From an uncultured Ignavibacteriales bacterium (GTDB lineage: Bacteria > Bacteroidota > Ignavibacteria > Tepidaquicellales > OLB5): 62,693 bases of DNA. The stretch is from contig CAZOAP010000001.1 of NCBI GenBank assembly GCA_964577645.1, forward strand, positions 1-62,693, given 5' to 3'. This document shows positions 37,554-46,395 of this stretch, piece after piece. A program made the translations under genes and the position numbers. The notes beneath the pieces are model-generated. The model was not told where the DNA came from, did not search any database, and saw nothing but the letters and a program-made list of their open reading frames with translations. The stretch's first letter is position 1, and every line of letters begins with the position of its first letter.

Positions 37554-40500
37554 TTATTTCTTCTCGTCGGTTTTCTTCTCTTCGGTCTTCTTCTCGTCTT
37601 TTTTGCTGTCCTTCTTTGTCTCTTCAGTATGCATCGGTTCATAAATGTTCCTTAATTTAGCCATGTAAGTTACATTAGGCAGTACTTTAATTTCCTCAAG
37701 TACGCTGTAGCCTAATTCATGTGTTCTGTATTTAGCTATTGTTGATTCCTTATCATTTATATTGCCAAACTCAATTGCGTATGCTGGACATGCTTCCTGG
37801 CATGCTGTTTTTACATTTGAACCAACAACTCCGCGGTTCTCAGCAATTGCATCCTGTCTTTCCTTCATAATTCTCTGCAGGCAGAATGAACATTTCTCCA
37901 TCACACCTCTTGAGCGGACAGTTACTTCCGGGTTAGCCATCAGGTCCATTGGCTCAGCATACTGGATACCATCACCTACTCTATCCCTGAAATCAAAATA
38001 ATTGAACCTTCTTACTTTGTATGGACAGTTATTTGAGCAGTATCTTGTACCAACACACCTGTTATAAGCCATTGAATTAAGGCCGTCATCACTGTGTGTT
38101 GTTGCTGCAACCGGGCAAACGTTTTCGCATGGTGCGTAGTCACAATGCTGGCAAAGCATCGGCTGGAAGTTTGCCGAAGGTGCATCAGGTGTGCCATAAT
38201 AATACCTGTCAATTCTCAGCCACATCATTTCGCGGTTTGCTTTTACCTGTTCTTTACCAACTATCGGAATATTATTTTCAACATTACATGCTGTAACGCA
38301 TGCACCGCATCCTGTACATTTATTCAGGTCAATTGCCATACCCCACTTGTAGCCTGTAAATCCTTCCCTGTCATAAACGGGAGGTGTATTTATCGGCTGC
38401 ATTTCAAGATGTCCTTCATCTTCCTTAAGGAATTTCGGGTTCTTTTTGAATTCTTCAACAGTACCCTGCCTGATAATTCCTCTTCTGAACTGAATATCCT
38501 TTAAAAGCGGATCGCTATCGATAGCAAAATGCTCCTGTGTGGAAACAAGCTCATACTTTCCGCCGGCTGAAGCTACCTGTGCATTGTTATAAAGCCTTTC
38601 GGATAAAGCAGGTGTTTTTGCAATGAGGGCATTTGCATTAACGCCTATCCCTGTGCCTATAATTCCTGCAGCAGTTCTTCCGTATCCTAATGATATTTCT
38701 ATTGTTTTATCTGCAAGCCCGGGCTGAACAAATACCGGGAATGTCTGTTTGCGTGAACCTATTGTAATATCTATTGTATTGAATGAATCAATGCCAAGCT
38801 CAGCAGCTGACTGAACTGAAATTGCAGCATAATTATCCCAAACTATTTTTGTGATGGGATTAGGTAATTCCTGCAGCCATCCGTTGGAAGCAAAACGTCC
38901 GTCACCAACGCTGTTGTTGCTCTGCAGCATTACTACAAAATCGTTTGATGCTTTCATCCTTGATGCTGATGAAAATGCATCCACTGAAAATGCTCCGCCT
39001 GCAGCTTCAGGTTTTTCATTCATGAAAACAACACCGTCATGCAGTACTGAATTCCAGAACTTTTTGAAAGGTGCTGCTGAACCCATAACCGGGTAAATTG
39101 CTTTCTCCCAGTTCTGGCTTAAATAATCCCTGTATAATGTTTCAGTAAAATCTTTCGGTTCTTTCCAGTTCAGCAGAATTGCTTCCTTTTGTCTTGTATT
39201 ATATAAAGGTGCAATGATAGGCTGCTGCATACTGTAGAAGCCTGTGCGAGTTTTATAATCACCCCATGATTCAAGCGGGTTATGGATAGGCAAAACATAA
39301 TTTGAAATTTCCGATGTTTCGTTCACAAGTTCTGTCATTGTGATAGTCATCGGAACTTTCTTAACTGCCTCTTCATACTTATATTCCGGTGAAAGATTGT
39401 ATACCGGGTTAGTATCAAAATGAATAACAGCTGCAACTTTTCCTGCAGCCATATCCTGTACAAGGTTATCCATTTCAGCGGGGGTGCTCAGCGGCATCAG
39501 TTCTGTGTTATCAGCTTCTGCGGAATAAATTTTGTTGTTGCCAAGTACATCGTTCAGTAAATTGATCGCTATGTGCGTTGATTCCGGAAGCTTATCGCCG
39601 CCTATAACAATTGCTTCACCCTGGTTCTTAGCAAGGTCATCAATTAAATGATTTATTACTTTTTCATCAAGCTTATATTTTGCAGCGAACTGTTTTATAT
39701 CGTTCTGTGAAAATACCGTTGTAACTCTTGAATCAAGAGCAAAACCTGAGAGCTTCTTTTTGCCAACAAATTCATTAAGCAGGCACATTACCAGCTCTTC
39801 AATTGCATCAGTACGCAGGCGAAGCCTGTAATCAGCATTCATACCTGTATTTGTAACTGCTCCTTCAACAGCGTAAAGCCTGTTGAATTCATTCTTGCTC
39901 ATTACATCACGGTTCTGAGTGAACATCCTTGTGTATTCCAGCATATTGCTCTCATTACCAAGGAAGTCAGATTCCAGTGCAAGTATTATCTTTGCCTTAT
40001 CAAGCTGAAGTACCGGAACTGAACGCTTGCCGTATGATTTCTGCCATGCGTTAACACGGTTGTTATCATTTATAGCTTCGTATGAATATACTTTTGTGGT
40101 TGGGTAAGCTACCTTAAACTCATCAAGCAGTTTTTTGAGTGTGGGTGAAAGTATTGCACCTGTTACAATTGCAATTTCTTTTCCTGAGCCATTTGCAGCA
40201 CCCAGTGCAGCGGTAACATTTTTATTTACATCGTTCCAGTTCACCTGAGATTTGTTCATCATAGGTTCCCTTAAACGTTCAGGTGTATAAAGGTTCATAA
40301 CACTTGCCTGGCCTTTTGTGCAGATCTTGCCTTTGTTCACAGGATGATCTGGATTTCCGTCAACTTTGATAGGTCTTCCTTCGCGTGTTTTAACAAGTAT
40401 TCCGCAAGCACTTGTGCAGCCGGTACATGTTGAAGCATAATAATTCGGCAAGCCAAGAGTTACTTCTTCAGGCTTTTGGTTATATGGTACAACAAGCCCT

Positions 40501-40778
40501 TTATCATGGTAGCTGTTGCATCCTGCAGCAGCAAAGGCTGCAGAGGCACCCATCAGGGCAAGGAACTTCCTCCTTGATACTGCGGGCATATTTTTTACAT
40601 CAGGCTTTTCAAGCGCCTCTTTCGAAAATTCATTCTTTAAAGTTTTATCAAAAGCAGGGTCGTTATATAATTCACCAAAACTGCGCCAGTAACCGGTCTC
40701 TTTTTGTGAATTATCTTCTGCAGAATTATCCAGAGGTTTATTATTTTCATCCATACCCGGCATATTTATCTTATCCAT
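37554..40778 (-). CDS. actB: Alternative complex III subunit ActB (Tat-exported molybdopterin-oxidoreductase-like domain plus 4Fe-4S ferredoxin domain)
   Basis: Long N-terminal leader with GYWRSFGEL and the twin-arginine signal SRRKFLALMGASAAFAAAGC. Cys clusters include CTGCTSAC, CTGCGACVTAC, CQHCDYAPCENVCP and CVGTRYCSNNCP. Size is 1074 aa. Confidence 0.93.
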   Translation of the reverse strand: MDKINMPGMDENNKPLDNSAEDNSQKETGYWRSFGELYNDPAFDKTLKNEFSKEALEKPDVKNMPAVSRRKFLALMGASAAFAAAGCNSYHDKGLVVPYNQKPEEVTLGLPNYYASTCTGCTSACGILVKTREGRPIKVDGNPDHPVNKGKICTKGQASVMNLYTPERLREPMMNKSQVNWNDVNKNVTAALGAANGSGKEIAIVTGAILSPTLKKLLDEFKVAYPTTKVYSYEAINDNNRVNAWQKSYGKRSVPVLQLDKAKIILALESDFLGNESNMLEYTRMFTQNRDVMSKNEFNRLYAVEGAVTNTGMNADYRLRLRTDAIEELVMCLLNEFVGKKKLSGFALDSRVTTVFSQNDIKQFAAKYKLDEKVINHLIDDLAKNQGEAIVIGGDKLPESTHIAINLLNDVLGNNKIYSAEADNTELMPLSTPAEMDNLVQDMAAGKVAAVIHFDTNPVYNLSPEYKYEEAVKKVPMTITMTELVNETSEISNYVLPIHNPLESWGDYKTRTGFYSMQQPIIAPLYNTRQKEAILLNWKEPKDFTETLYRDYLSQNWEKAIYPVMGSAAPFKKFWNSVLHDGVVFMNEKPEAAGGAFSVDAFSSASRMKASNDFVVMLQSNNSVGDGRFASNGWLQELPNPITKIVWDNYAAISVQSAAELGIDSFNTIDITIGSRKQTFPVFVQPGLADKTIEISLGYGRTAAGIIGTGIGVNANALIAKTPALSERLYNNAQVASAGGKYELVSTQEHFAIDSDPLLKDIQFRRGIIRQGTVEEFKKNPKFLKEDEGHLEMQPINTPPVYDREGFTGYKWGMAIDLNKCTGCGACVTACNVENNIPIVGKEQVKANREMMWLRIDRYYYGTPDAPSANFQPMLCQHCDYAPCENVCPVAATTHSDDGLNSMAYNRCVGTRYCSNNCPYKVRRFNYFDFRDRVGDGIQYAEPMDLMANPEVTVRSRGVMEKCSFCLQRIMKERQDAIAENRGVVGSNVKTACQEACPAYAIEFGNINDKESTIAKYRTHELGYSVLEEIKVLPNVTYMAKLRNIYEPMHTEETKKDSKKDEKKTEEKKTDEKK

Positions 40779-41007
40779 TTAAATTTCCTTTCGTAACTGC
40801 TGAACCTTTGGTTATATCACGCTTAACAGCATACGGATTCGCCTTAACCTTTACGCCTGTTTCAGCTTTATACTTTTCCTGTATAAATTTAAAAGGAAGC
40901 CTGGTCAACGCAAGTGCACCAAGGGCTCCTGCGCCAAGATACACAAAGAAGTTTCTGCGTTTTATTTTTTTTGGATCATTTGTACTGCTTGAATTTTTCG
41001 AATTCAT
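40771..41007 (-). CDS. Small Tat-signal-like protein (78 aa) between actA and actB
   Basis: KRRNFFVYLGAGALGALALT resembles a twin-arginine signal or anchor. Its stop overlaps the actB start by 8 nt. No homolog recognised. Confidence 0.45.
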   Translation of the reverse strand: MNSKNSSSTNDPKKIKRRNFFVYLGAGALGALALTRLPFKFIQEKYKAETGVKVKANPYAVKRDITKGSAVTKGNLNG

Positions 41008-41056
41008 TCTGGTATAATTTCTATACTATAATATAGGATATTCTTATTTTTAATAT

Positions 41057-41086
41057 TTGCGATGAGCGAAGCGAAGAAGCAATCTC
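41057..41086. repeat. GC-rich repeat word TTGCGATGAGCGAAGCGAAGAAGCAATCTC (copy 2)
   Basis: Aligns with 37494-37524 with 3 substitutions and a 1-nt indel. It lies in the spacer between actA and the small ORF. Confidence 0.7.
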
Positions 41087-41163
41087 ATCAAAAAACAAAT
41101 TTTTATTCTATTCACTAAAAACTCAATTCACCATTTCACTACTTTGCCATTTCACATTCAATT

Positions 41164-41757
41164 CTATCTGTGACAAGCCGAACAGTTTTCCGGTCCTTTG
41201 TTCAGGTTCGGAAGGTTCGGGAATTTATCGTGTGATGTACGGTGACAATCAAGACAGGCACCCATTGTAAATGAGTTAACCTGGCCTGTTGATTTATACT
41301 TATTATTGATTAGGGTATCCATCGCCTGAACCTGCCCATGGCAATCCTGGCAAACAATGCCTTTATTTACATGAACACTGTGGTTAAAGTAAGCAAAATC
41401 AGGTACCCTGTGAATTCTCTGCCAGGGTATTGGTTTATTTTCGTTGTAATATTGGGTAAGTTTCTGGATCTCAGGCTGGTCTTTCCTTGCGATAGAATGG
41501 CATCCCATGCAAACATTCACCGAAGGAACGCTGGCGATCCTTGATTTTTCGACACCTACGTGGCAATACTGGCAATCAATACCCATATCACCTGCATGCA
41601 GCTTATGTGAATATGCTATAGGCTGCTCGGGCTGGTACCCTATACCCGTGCGTTCAGCGTAAGTAATATAGTAGGTTAAAGCAAATGAAGCGGCAGCTAC
41701 AAAGAGAATTATCGGCAGCCGTACCTTGATGCCGTAGTCAAGTAGAAATTTTTTCAT
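41164..41757 (-). CDS. actA: Alternative complex III subunit ActA (membrane-anchored pentaheme cytochrome c)
   Basis: N-terminal TM anchor and five CxxCH motifs (CQYCH, CMGCH, CQDCH, CLDCH, CSACH). Confidence 0.9.
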   Translation of the reverse strand: MKKFLLDYGIKVRLPIILFVAAASFALTYYITYAERTGIGYQPEQPIAYSHKLHAGDMGIDCQYCHVGVEKSRIASVPSVNVCMGCHSIARKDQPEIQKLTQYYNENKPIPWQRIHRVPDFAYFNHSVHVNKGIVCQDCHGQVQAMDTLINNKYKSTGQVNSFTMGACLDCHRTSHDKFPNLPNLNKGPENCSACHR

Positions 41758-41994
41758 TCAGTTTTTTATAATACAGATGGCAAAATTATGAAATTATAAT
41801 TAAAATTGCCATATATTTTTTTTAGCCGTGCAATTTAATCTATACTTTTTTGGCAATTTTAAAACGTAAACAGGTAATTTAATAGGATATCAGGCATATG
41901 AAACCATGACATTTCACTCTATATAGAGAAAAATTTTTGCACTAATTTTGCCGCTTTAGAGAACTATTACTTTTAAAATTAGCCCGAAAACTAT

Positions 41995-43515
41995 TTACTT
42001 ATTATTCTTTATTTTCTTTTCCAGCCAGGTTAAAATATTAAACGCGTCAAATGCATTTTCTTCGAACGGGTCGTTTTGGATAGCCTTCAGGTCGCGGTGC
42101 ATGAAAAAAAGCATCTCATTAATTTCACGGTTGGATCTTACCCTGAATGCCTGTCTTATATATTCAAGAATTATCTTTTCATATTTATATATTTTATTTC
42201 TTTTGGTAAGGAAATAATATGATCTTCTGAGCTCATGCTCGATCCTGTCCGGGTTACCAGATTCATAAGCCACAACAAGGTTCATTATCCTGGCATAACA
42301 CTGGTAATCCTGTGATACATCAATGTTCGGTATCTGTATAAGCCTGTTCAGCCACCTTCCGGCATCTGTATATGACGCTTTAAAAAAACAAAACCTGGCA
42401 ATAACAAAATACCATACTATCCTTTGCTGAATGCTAAGTTCTCTTTCATATTTTCTGAAATTCTCATCTGCATCCCTCAGCATTTCATCGCCCCGCTCGG
42501 GATGGTAGTTATCTGCGCTTGCAGAAAATACTGATAATCCCAGCATGTATGAGGCTTCAAGCCTGTCGCGCTCTGTTGCATCAGGAAAGCGTGATTGAAA
42601 ATTTGCCAGTTTGCTGTAAGCAGTTTCATATATTTCCATATTATGGGTCCTTACCGAAGATGTTAAAACAGAATACTGCGAGATACTGTAAGAATGCAGG
42701 CTGTATCTGCTTTTCATTACATCTTTTTCCACTTCATCAGCATATTTTTTTGCGTAATAAAGTGATGCTTCATGATCTCCTTCCCACTCATTTAATATAA
42801 CGTTCAAGTTATAAAATCTCTTAAGGCTTGTGCTGCTTAACATTTTACTTTCATCACTTAAGAGTGGGTTATTAAATACTTCGTTCCTTTCTTTCATATC
42901 CTGTTCATCCCTTGTTTTTGATGTAGGGTACTTTTGCAGTAGAACAGTTATCCTGTTACCAAGATCATTTACATCTGTAAGATTTTTCAGTTTTTCCAGG
43001 TTTTCACTTTGTTCTTTGTGGACTCTTTCTACAACAACAGCAAATCCATCTCCATTGAGCATATATCTTGCAAGCGTTCTTTCTCTGTTTAGAATATTAT
43101 TTATCTCCATGAACATTTCATTTTCCACTGCTATTTTCTTTGCCTTCTTTAATACTCCTTCAGCTTGGTTTAAAAGTGACATTGAAAACAGTATATCATG
43201 CTGGTCGAGCAAACTTTTAACTTTATTTTCATTATTGTTTTCCCGGCGGTACTCACTTAAACTCTTAAGTATCAAGTTATACAGATTATTTTTTGTAACC
43301 GGAAAGTGCCTGAGTGTATTTTCATCAACAGAATTCTTAAGTTCATTTTCGTTATAAATTTCATTATTTAAAGAATAATCCACAAATTTTTCAAATAATT
43401 TTAAAACTGCCCCATCTCTTCCGGCAGAATTAAGTCTGAAATAGCGCCTGAAAAAGGATTTTTCCTTCCTAGTCATAAACCTTATGATATCGAATAATTC
43501 GTTTGAAACAGGCAT
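41995..43515 (-). CDS. Uncharacterised all-helical (TPR-like) protein, apparent paralog of 3234..4700
   Basis: 506 aa with no TM segment or signal peptide. The N-terminus LFDIIRFMTRKEKSFFRRYFRLNS.....VLKLFEKF and then TKNNLYNLILKSLSEY recall a widespread Bacteroidota-type family of unknown function. This is from memory, not a search. Confidence 0.6.
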   Translation of the reverse strand: MPVSNELFDIIRFMTRKEKSFFRRYFRLNSAGRDGAVLKLFEKFVDYSLNNEIYNENELKNSVDENTLRHFPVTKNNLYNLILKSLSEYRRENNNENKVKSLLDQHDILFSMSLLNQAEGVLKKAKKIAVENEMFMEINNILNRERTLARYMLNGDGFAVVVERVHKEQSENLEKLKNLTDVNDLGNRITVLLQKYPTSKTRDEQDMKERNEVFNNPLLSDESKMLSSTSLKRFYNLNVILNEWEGDHEASLYYAKKYADEVEKDVMKSRYSLHSYSISQYSVLTSSVRTHNMEIYETAYSKLANFQSRFPDATERDRLEASYMLGLSVFSASADNYHPERGDEMLRDADENFRKYERELSIQQRIVWYFVIARFCFFKASYTDAGRWLNRLIQIPNIDVSQDYQCYARIMNLVVAYESGNPDRIEHELRRSYYFLTKRNKIYKYEKIILEYIRQAFRVRSNREINEMLFFMHRDLKAIQNDPFEENAFDAFNILTWLEKKIKNNK

Positions 43516-43859
43516 TTTAAATTAATCCTGAGAGTTTTTTATTATTGAAATTTTATAAATATTGTAAATATTATGCAATTTATATATTCTTTTTGAATTA
43601 ATCCACTTCTTAAATTTGTTTGTACAGCCATACCAAAAAATATATCTTCGCTGAGTCTTAAAACATGTCGTCCACAGATTTTTATTTTCCCTCTGAAAAT
43701 GTTTTCCAGATCTGAGACGACATGGGAAGGACTGATACAGGTAAGTTCATCCGGAGAGCTTACCCTAAGGTCCTGCAAAAAATTTAAAAAACCATTCATT
43801 CTATGACTTCTGGTTATCAGATGAATACAAAATCAATAAGTCTCAGAAAGGCAATTCAA

Positions 43860-45107
43860 ATGAAAATAATTTCAAAGTTTCTACTGATCATCATCACTAT
43901 TTCACTTTTTCAGAATTTCACAAGTTCTCAATGGGTGCAGGCTACATCAGGCACCACAAATTTTTTAACCAGTGTTCAGAGTATAACAGGTACTATCAAT
44001 TATGCAGCCGGATTTTCAGGGACTGTATTAAAATCAACCAACAGCGGGCAGACATGGCAAACTCTAACAAGTCCCTCCGCAAACAATATTAATAAAATAT
44101 TCTTCCCTCCCATGGGCACTGCAACAACGGGCTGGGTTGCAACAACAGGGGTTTATAAATCTACAAACGGCGGAGTTAACTGGGTTCAGCAGATAGCAAC
44201 AGGATCATTCATCGATCTGGCTTTTATAGATCTTAATACCGGTTTTGCCGTAAGAACCACAATAGTCAGCAAAACTACTAACGGTGGTATAAATTTTACA
44301 AACATCAATTATACTTCTAATTCCGCAATAAGCGCTAACAGGATAATATTTGTAACGGGACAGACAGTTATGGTTCTGGGTGTTGATAATGCAAATGATA
44401 CTACCTTTGTATTTAAATCCACAAACCTCGGTGATACATGGACACAGATCTTTAAAACCCCGGGAGTGTTCTTTGATATGAAATTTGTAAATACAACTAC
44501 GGGGATCATGTGCGGAGATAACGGTTTGGTAAAACGAACAACAAGCGGAGGGACATCATGGAACAATATAACAAGCTCCACTTCAAACGATTTACTGAAT
44601 ATTCATTTTGCGTCATCAAATATAGTTTACATGGTTGGATCTGCGGGTACAATACTTAAATCAACTAATGCCGGCGTTAACTGGTTTACCCAGGTTTCTC
44701 CCATTACAGCAAACCTCAGGGCTATCAATGTATTTCCTGCAGATGATAACGGGATACTTGTTGGCGCAGGCGGAAACATTTTAAGAACAACAAACGGGGG
44801 AAATATTCCAACCGGTATCCAGAATATTGGAAATGAGATACCTGAGAGTTATTCTTTAAGCCAGAACTATCCAAATCCGTTCAACCCGTCAACTAATATC
44901 AAATTCAGCATTCCCACAGCAGGAAATGTATCAGTTAAGGTTTATGATATAATGGGAAGAGAAGTTGCAGGTTTAGTTGATCAATATCTGACACCGGGAA
45001 TTTATAATATAGATTTTAACGCATCATCGCTGCCCAGCGGTACATATTTCTACCGCTTAAATGCAGGGTCATTCACTGACACAAAAAAACTGGTATTAAT
45101 AAAATAA
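43860..45107 (+). CDS. Secreted BNR/Ycf48-like beta-propeller protein with T9SS C-terminal sorting domain
   Basis: The start is placed at the internal ATG 43860 (MKIISKFLLIIITISLFQNFTSSQ signal peptide). Seven repeats of K(S/T)TN.G..W are present. The CTD reads LSQNYPNPFNPSTNIKFSIP...VKVYDIMGREV...SGTYFYRLNAG...KKLVLIK. Confidence 0.85.
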   Translation: MKIISKFLLIIITISLFQNFTSSQWVQATSGTTNFLTSVQSITGTINYAAGFSGTVLKSTNSGQTWQTLTSPSANNINKIFFPPMGTATTGWVATTGVYKSTNGGVNWVQQIATGSFIDLAFIDLNTGFAVRTTIVSKTTNGGINFTNINYTSNSAISANRIIFVTGQTVMVLGVDNANDTTFVFKSTNLGDTWTQIFKTPGVFFDMKFVNTTTGIMCGDNGLVKRTTSGGTSWNNITSSTSNDLLNIHFASSNIVYMVGSAGTILKSTNAGVNWFTQVSPITANLRAINVFPADDNGILVGAGGNILRTTNGGNIPTGIQNIGNEIPESYSLSQNYPNPFNPSTNIKFSIPTAGNVSVKVYDIMGREVAGLVDQYLTPGIYNIDFNASSLPSGTYFYRLNAGSFTDTKKLVLIK

Positions 45108-45116
45108 TAATTACTA

Positions 45117-45147
45117 TTCAACTGGTGACTTAAGGTCACCAGTTGAA
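45117..45147. repeat. 13-bp-stem hairpin TTCAACTGGTGAC-ttaag-GTCACCAGTTGAA, no U-tract
   Basis: Read directly. It starts 10 nt after the stop at 45107 and shares the GGTGAC-TTnAG-GTCACC core with the 7291-7321 hairpin. Confidence 0.75.
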
Positions 45148-45169
45148 TAAAACAACTTATATAGAAAAA

Positions 45170-46339
45170 ATGGATACTACAAAAATAAAAAGAAATCAAC
45201 ACTTAAGTACCAGCAGCATTAAAAATAACATGCTTGATTCCGATAAAATAAACATCAACGAAAGCTTAAGAGATAAACTGAACAAAATGATCCGAAATAC
45301 AGGTACAGCGGAAAAATTGAAAACGGCTGAAAAGATAGCTGAAAACACTGTAAAGCTTGGTTTTGAAAAAGCTGTCGCGCATTTTGAAAATCCTGCAATG
45401 TACCCGTTGCCTGCTGAGAGCAGAAATCTTGAAACAGCTGTTTTCAATCTTTTGAATGTAATGCCGAAGAAGAAAAGAAACAAGCTTATAGATAAAGTAA
45501 ATGAATTACTAAAAGCTCCTGCAGAAAAAAGAAAACAGGTTTATGGAGAAATTGTAAATCTTGATTTCCGTTCAAACAAACCAATTGCCGAGCAGGTTAA
45601 AGGGCTTCCTGGGCTGAAGAAATACAGCTTGGATGCAGGTGAGCTTGAAGATCTTGAAAGATCATTAAATAATATTATCAAGAGCGAAAAACAAACACCG
45701 CTTCCTCAACAGGCAGCAGCATCAACAAAACTATCTCTCATAGTTGATAATATGACATGTAAAAATCCGGATGATATTTTAAAGGATGAAATAAGCATTG
45801 GGGGATTCATACTTGATAGCCTCGGAAATACAATAGAGCTGGCACCAAGGTTTATTGGAAAATTCAGGAAAGATGAAACTATCAACCTGGGTGCTAACAG
45901 TACGCTCTTCACTGTTAACATCGATCCGTTTTTGGCTGAACAGACATTTTCTGCAAATTTATTTCTTATTGAAAGTGACCTTGTTGAAAATCAGGATTTA
46001 CTTGATAAAGTTGTGATCGTTTTAGCAATAATTGGATTTACACTGGCTTTAGTAAGTCTTGGAATTGTTATTGCCGGAACCCTGGGAGCCGCCGTTACAT
46101 TGACCCAGTTTTTTATAACATTCTTCGGTGGTTTGTTGATCTCAGGTATTGGTTCAAATATCATCCCTCTGCTGGGTGATGATATTTCAAACGTTACAAC
46201 AGATACTCTTGTAATAAACGGGATTATAGGTATCGGTACGGAATTTACGCGTACTCTTGAAATTGGACAGGGATTTGATGCAATCAGCACTTTTGATGGT
46301 AAATACACAGCTAATGCAAGGTGGGTTGGCCAGGCATAG
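45170..46339 (+). CDS. Hypothetical membrane protein with glycine-zipper-like TM hairpin; start uncertain
   Basis: The ORF-track start (TTG 45143) lies inside the hairpin stem, so the first ATG at 45170 is preferred. The N-terminal ~190 aa are K/E-rich and helical. A predicted beta-rich segment follows, then LAIIGFTLALVSLGIVIAGTLGAAVTL and FFGGLLISGIGSNIIPLLG, then an ~80-aa C-terminal domain. Confidence 0.6.
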   Translation: MDTTKIKRNQHLSTSSIKNNMLDSDKININESLRDKLNKMIRNTGTAEKLKTAEKIAENTVKLGFEKAVAHFENPAMYPLPAESRNLETAVFNLLNVMPKKKRNKLIDKVNELLKAPAEKRKQVYGEIVNLDFRSNKPIAEQVKGLPGLKKYSLDAGELEDLERSLNNIIKSEKQTPLPQQAAASTKLSLIVDNMTCKNPDDILKDEISIGGFILDSLGNTIELAPRFIGKFRKDETINLGANSTLFTVNIDPFLAEQTFSANLFLIESDLVENQDLLDKVVIVLAIIGFTLALVSLGIVIAGTLGAAVTLTQFFITFFGGLLISGIGSNIIPLLGDDISNVTTDTLVINGIIGIGTEFTRTLEIGQGFDAISTFDGKYTANARWVGQA

Positions 46340-46370
46340 GATATGCCTAACAAGCATTTGGTATTAAATA

Positions 46371-46395
46371 AAAAAAGGGCATTACTGCCCTTTTT
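46371..46395. terminator. Rho-independent terminator (A-run, GGGCA-ttac-TGCCC, T-run)
   Basis: Read directly, 32 nt after the stop at 46339. Confidence 0.65.

Noticed and set aside
37554-40778. A possible selenocysteine codon, frameshift or split (ActB1/ActB2) in the large ACIII subunit.
   Set aside because: The ORF is continuous for 1074 codons, with both the molybdopterin-like and the ferredoxin-like halves in one frame and no in-frame TGA.
40412-41017. A 201-aa plus-strand ORF, together with the many other 60-180-aa ORFs in the track that lie antisense to actB, coxI, uvrA, the peptidase and others.
   Set aside because: Each is fully embedded opposite a long gene with clear family motifs. 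Their translations are low-complexity or Cys/His/Arg-rich shadow sequences with no recognisable motifs and no start context. I treat them as non-coding.
41758-41994. Repeated TGGCAA/TTGCCA words upstream of actA (around 41779, 41808, 41852 and 41950) as a sigma-54 promoter (TGGCAC-N5-TTGCW), or an FNR-type box controlling the respiratory operon.
   Set aside because: No pair has the required GG-N10-GC spacing on the transcribed (minus) strand, and no TTGAT-N4-ATCAA box is present. One pair forms a 7-bp hairpin (ATGGCAA...TTGCCAT), but I cannot assign it a function from sequence alone.
43542-43799. An 85-aa minus-strand ORF filling the spacer between the helical-protein gene and the T9SS cargo gene.
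   Set aside because: It occupies exactly the AT-rich divergent promoter region. Its composition looks random (many C, H, R, F) and I see no ribosome-binding sequence. It is interrupted at the RNA level by the long hairpin at 43664-43724. It is more likely regulatory DNA than a gene, though a short leader protein cannot be excluded.
45143-45169. The TTG start given in the ORF track for the 398-aa protein.
   Set aside because: The TTG lies within the 3' arm of the 13-bp hairpin at 45117-45147. The first ATG (45170) gives an equally plausible N-terminus. The true start remains uncertain.
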